Shown piece after piece: positions 60,510 to 64,000 of a stretch of DNA of 64,000 nt. The translations under genes were made by a program, and so were the position numbers. Positions within the stretch are counted from its first letter, which is position 1. Every line of letters starts with the position of its first letter. Below the pieces are notes generated by a model, which did no database searches, had not been told where the DNA came from, and worked only from the letters and a program-made list of their open reading frames with translations. This stretch comes from Candidatus Latescibacterota bacterium (lineage in GTDB: Bacteria > Latescibacterota > CBDEFO01), in contig OZ252149.1 in the NCBI GenBank assembly GCA_965248755.1, forward strand, positions 3,584,001 through 3,648,000, given 5' to 3'.

Positions 60510-60974
60510 TCAGCGTAGCTTTTCAAGCTCTGCGACGATCTGGTCGACTGTGATCGTATTGTCCGCAGGGGAGTCCTCTACGTTCTTGAAGGCTATTTTG
60601 CCATCTTTATCTATGAGAAACAACGCCCTCTCGGTGAATCCCTCTGGCTTTGCCACGCCGAACCTCTTGGCTACAGAGAGGTCCATATCCGAAAGGAGGG
60701 GGAACTTTATCCCGCCAAGGTGTTCGCTCCACGCATCATGGGAAAAGAGAGAGTCTCTATTTACGGCGATTACGGCTGTTCCTGTGCCCACCAATCTATC
60801 TAAGGATTCGTTGTAGTCCGGTATCTGCACAGAGCAGACAGGGGAGAAATCCAGCGGATAGAATACTAACATCACGTTTTTCACGCCTTGATAGTCGCTG
60901 AGAGTTATCTCGGTGTCTCCTGTTCCCTTGAGAGTGAAGTCAGGGGCTATATCTCCGATGTTTAATTCTGCCAT
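60510..60974 (-). CDS. Peroxiredoxin (AhpC/TSA family, single Cys)
   Basis: APDFTL, FYPLDFSPVC, LLSD, ERALFLIDKDG. Confidence 0.9.
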   Translation of the reverse strand: MAELNIGDIAPDFTLKGTGDTEITLSDYQGVKNVMLVFYPLDFSPVCSVQIPDYNESLDRLVGTGTAVIAVNRDSLFSHDAWSEHLGGIKFPLLSDMDLSVAKRFGVAKPEGFTERALFLIDKDGKIAFKNVEDSPADNTITVDQIVAELEKLR

Positions 60975-61066
60975 ATCTATGTCCTCCGTTCTTGAGTATT
61001 TGACTGTTGAACTGCTGTTTAAGTCCCTGATTTAGGGGGTTTTCTCCGGGCTAAAGCGAAAAAGCC

Positions 61067-62157
61067 TTAGTGGTCTTTCAGAGGATGGACCTCAAGCTCG
61101 TCCAATCTGAGATATCCTGTCCCCTCGATCAAAAGGCCGACTCTTCCGGCTATAGGGGCATCTCCGTGTCCGTGCACGACGAGATTTTCATCTTGACAGC
61201 CCCTAAAGTTCTTACCGCTGCTGACGGCGCGGTATCGGCGCCATCCTCCCTTTTCGGGGAGCTCTTTTTGACTGAAGATCTTCTCTGACTCCGTGCTGCA
61301 TCCGTCCGAGGATGGTTTTGTCACCATGGGTGATAAGAAAGTCGTAGTTTCGGGTGTCCTGTACGTGGTGGACGAGTCCGACTGTCCCTTTAGAAGTAAT
61401 CTATGTTCAGCATCAGATCGATCTGCCGTCGCCAAATACAGAATCCAGAACGGTCAGGCGTCGCACCGGTGAGTCCGACTCCAGGACCAGCACTGTTTTC
61501 GGTGCTTCCACCGACGTGGAGAGAGTCGAACCGTCCAAAAATGAGAAGTACTGTCCGAAAGCCGCATCCGAATCCGCCTCAAAATTGCAGCGGAGCGTCC
61601 CATCGCCGGTTACGGTCGGACTCGAAGTGACAGATGTTCTGCTGCAGTATCTTTCTCTGTCTCCCTGTGAAAGACTCCTTCGGGAGCTTCAATTACAGGT
61701 CGGACGCCGACTCCCATTTCGTAGACGAGGCCCGCCGCGCTGTCCAGTTTCGTAAAGCAGGTAAATTCCCGCTACGCCTATCAAAAGAGCGGCGATCTGG
61801 AGTTGGCTTCCAGCGGACTTTCCGGCTGTAAGCTGATCCAACACCACCAGCGCAAGCCGAAGAATAGCATAGACGCAGAAGAACCGCAGCGTGTAAGTGG
61901 CCCAGTCCGCGTGCTCGGCCAGTACCTCCAGCATCTGAGGAAACGGACTTGTGGCTTCGCCTGCGGCTCTTTGGCCGGTCAGATAGGTAGGAATTAGAAA
62001 GAGCGTTCCCGATGTTATCATCCCCGTTGCGGTGTGGCGGATCCAAGGCTGAGATCGCCCAAAAACGGCCACAAGGTCGAATAGAAACCCCTACCATGAG
62101 GAGCGCCAGTGGAAAATGCACCAGCACAGGGTGAATGTTCGGTAAATGGCCCGGCAT
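61067..62157 (-). pseudogene. Fragmented DUF2231-like membrane protein
   Basis: NIHPVLVHFPLALL start; membrane segments and C-terminal portion spread over several frames. Confidence 0.55.
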
Positions 62158-62210
62158 GCTAACTGTTTGAGAAGACAGGGAGGAGTGAGGTACCCTGTCT
62201 TCTGTCTACG

Positions 62211-62408
62211 CTATTTCGGCGGGTTCTTTACGATCTCCCTTAAAAAGTCGCTGGCGGAGTACTCGTTGCATTTTGCCCATTCAGTGACCTGCTGAAGGAT
62301 CTCCGGCCTGCTCTTTTCTTCTTGTACCAGATCGTGCAATATCTTTTCGATCTTGTCTTTTCCCAGAATCTGGCTTATCTCCCCTGGAGTAAGCCAACCG
62401 TTTGCCAT
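62211..62408 (-). CDS. Small hypothetical protein
   Basis: AAGGGG RBS before ATG; co-oriented with the upstream gene. Confidence 0.55.
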   Translation of the reverse strand: MANGWLTPGEISQILGKDKIEKILHDLVQEEKSRPEILQQVTEWAKCNEYSASDFLREIVKNPPK

Positions 62409-62534
62409 CTTTATTCCCCTTTTGCTTACAGGAGGCAGAGGAAGATGCGTCCTGTCTATTCCCGATAGTCCCCGATACGTTTAATCGGGGATAGATGCAA
62501 TCAGGGGCTACAGTCCCCTTATGTATGCGGATGG

Positions 62535-63608
62535 TTATGATTCGGATATGAGTCTTGTAATGTCGTCGCCCACCTGTTGAGTGGCTGAAGTTCCGCCGAT
62601 GTCCGCTGTTCTTATCCTACCTTCGGATAGATTGCGCCTGACGGCGGACCCAATGAGGTCTGCTCCATCGTTTTCTCCGAAGAATTCGAGCATCATCTTT
62701 GCGGAAAGGATAGCGGCAATCGGATTTACGAGTGCTTTGCCGACAAGGTCGAAGGCAGCGCCATGAACGGGCTCGAACATGGAGGGGAAGCGCCTCTCGG
62801 GATCTATGTTGCCGCTGGGGGCAAGTCCCATGCTCCCTGCGATGATGGCTCCTATGTCAGTCAGGATGTCGCCAAAGAGGTTTGAGGCCACGATCACATC
62901 GAAATCCTGCGGCCGCCTGATCAGGTCCATACAGGCGGCATCCACCAATAGAGTTTCGGTCTCTACATCTGGATAGTCCCCGGAGACCTCCTCGAAGACC
63001 TCGTCCCACATCACCATAGAATATGCCTCGGCGTTCGATTTTGTGATAGACGTCACCTTCTTCTTTTTGTCCCTCTTTCTGGCAAGCTGGAACGCATATT
63101 TCATAACCCTCCTACAGCCCCTCCTCGTAAAGACAGCCGTCTGCACGGCGACTTCGTCGTCCATCTGCATATAGACTCTGCCTCCGCAGTCTGAGTATTC
63201 CCCCTCAACGTTCTCCCTTATTACGACAAAGTCTATATCCCCTGGGCTCTTGCCCGCAAGCGGAGATTGAACACCTTCGTAGAGATAGGATGGTCTTAAA
63301 CATACATACTGGTCGAATTTTCTCCTTAAGGGGAGGATCAGCCCATTTAATGTAATATGATCTTGAATGTCGACATCGCCCACAGCGCCGAAGAATATTG
63401 CGTCGTATTTGGATGCAATCTGGATGCCGTCCTCAGGCATCATCCTTCCTATCCTCTTAAGGCGATCCGACCCCCAGTCGAACTGTGTAAGCTCCAAACT
63501 CAAGCCGTTCACTTTTCCCTCCACAGCCTTCAAGACCTTTAACGCCTCAGCGGTGACTTCGATGCCCACCCCATCCCCAGGAATCACAGCTACTTTGTAT
63601 TCTGACAT
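62535..63608 (-). CDS. Tartrate/isopropylmalate dehydrogenase family protein
   Basis: IPGDGVGIEV, RENVEGEY, TKSN, ASNLFGDILTD, SMFEPVHG. Confidence 0.9.
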   Translation of the reverse strand: MSEYKVAVIPGDGVGIEVTAEALKVLKAVEGKVNGLSLELTQFDWGSDRLKRIGRMMPEDGIQIASKYDAIFFGAVGDVDIQDHITLNGLILPLRRKFDQYVCLRPSYLYEGVQSPLAGKSPGDIDFVVIRENVEGEYSDCGGRVYMQMDDEVAVQTAVFTRRGCRRVMKYAFQLARKRDKKKKVTSITKSNAEAYSMVMWDEVFEEVSGDYPDVETETLLVDAACMDLIRRPQDFDVIVASNLFGDILTDIGAIIAGSMGLAPSGNIDPERRFPSMFEPVHGAAFDLVGKALVNPIAAILSAKMMLEFFGENDGADLIGSAVRRNLSEGRIRTADIGGTSATQQVGDDITRLISES

Positions 63609-63871
63609 ATAGATCTCCGTTTTGCTTGTTTGATAAGCAATAGAATATGGCATCGACTAGACACTTAAGAAAGATAGGAAAAAGATGTGTTCATGTAAAG
63701 GGATTTTTCCCAGGGTTCAGTAAATCTGGAGTCCATCTTCTTTCCGCTCGTGCTTTTGCCCTTGACTTTAAGGAACTAATACCTTATGTTCAGACCGATT
63801 GCATAGTAAAGTAGACATAAGCAAGTGGATGGGTGGTCTCGTGTTATGTGTTAATTATGGAGGTAGAGCAA

Positions 63872-64000
63872 ATGATCACCGAAGATGCAGTTTGGAATCA
63901 ACTGAAAGAACTTAAAGATAAGATGTTCGGGACACCGCTGAGCGTTGTGGATATGGGATTGATTTACGACGTTAAGGTCCAGGACAGGGATGTACACGTC
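63872..64000 (+). CDS. DUF59/SufT-like metal-sulfur cluster assembly factor (cut by window end)
   Basis: MITEDAVWNQLKEL...SVVDMGLIYDVKV; GGAGG RBS; TTGACT-17-TATGTT at 63762. Confidence 0.75.
   Translation, partial: MITEDAVWNQLKELKDKMFGTPLSVVDMGLIYDVKVQDRDVHV

Noticed and set aside
1..64000. CRISPR array
   Set aside because: No run of equal repeats with unique, regularly sized spacers, and no cas genes.

Overview
Bacterial chromosomal window, probably from an FCB-related candidate phylum such as Latescibacterota/Zixibacteria. This is inferred from secreted proteins with NYPNPFNP/FlgD-Ig tails, cohesin/dockerin modules and the yggS-yggT-divIVA-yggU-PNP-ileS-dksA-lspA-rluD gene order. 1-21 kb is an accessory catabolic/secretome region: aldo-keto reductases, PhyH, DMFase-like, HpcH, BNR, DapA, Gfo/Idh/MocA, PQQ dehydrogenase and FG-GAP proteins. 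It hides an unannotated UxxC selenoprotein with a SECIS-like hairpin, and an integron-type gene cassette (TM+HEPN-like ORF) behind a duplicated promoter/attI-like module. 21-28 kb and 45-55 kb are housekeeping clusters: rplI-rpsR-rpsF-hppA-pth-rplY, ispE with a tRNA-Gln nested inside its ORF, and a type-2 ileS with a GVHH motif. 36-45 kb is a decayed mobile island: a rep gene with a DnaA-N domain and iterons, an intI remnant, MITEs, an IS3-disrupted nuclease and TA remnants. 57.5-59.8 kb carries a KTSC + OLD-nuclease pair, a candidate defence system. At least four families of short palindromic/heptameric repeats are spread across the window. Several copies sit in frame inside protein genes or supply their stop codons, like Rickettsia palindromic elements. 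All family assignments come from motif recognition by eye; no database searches were run.
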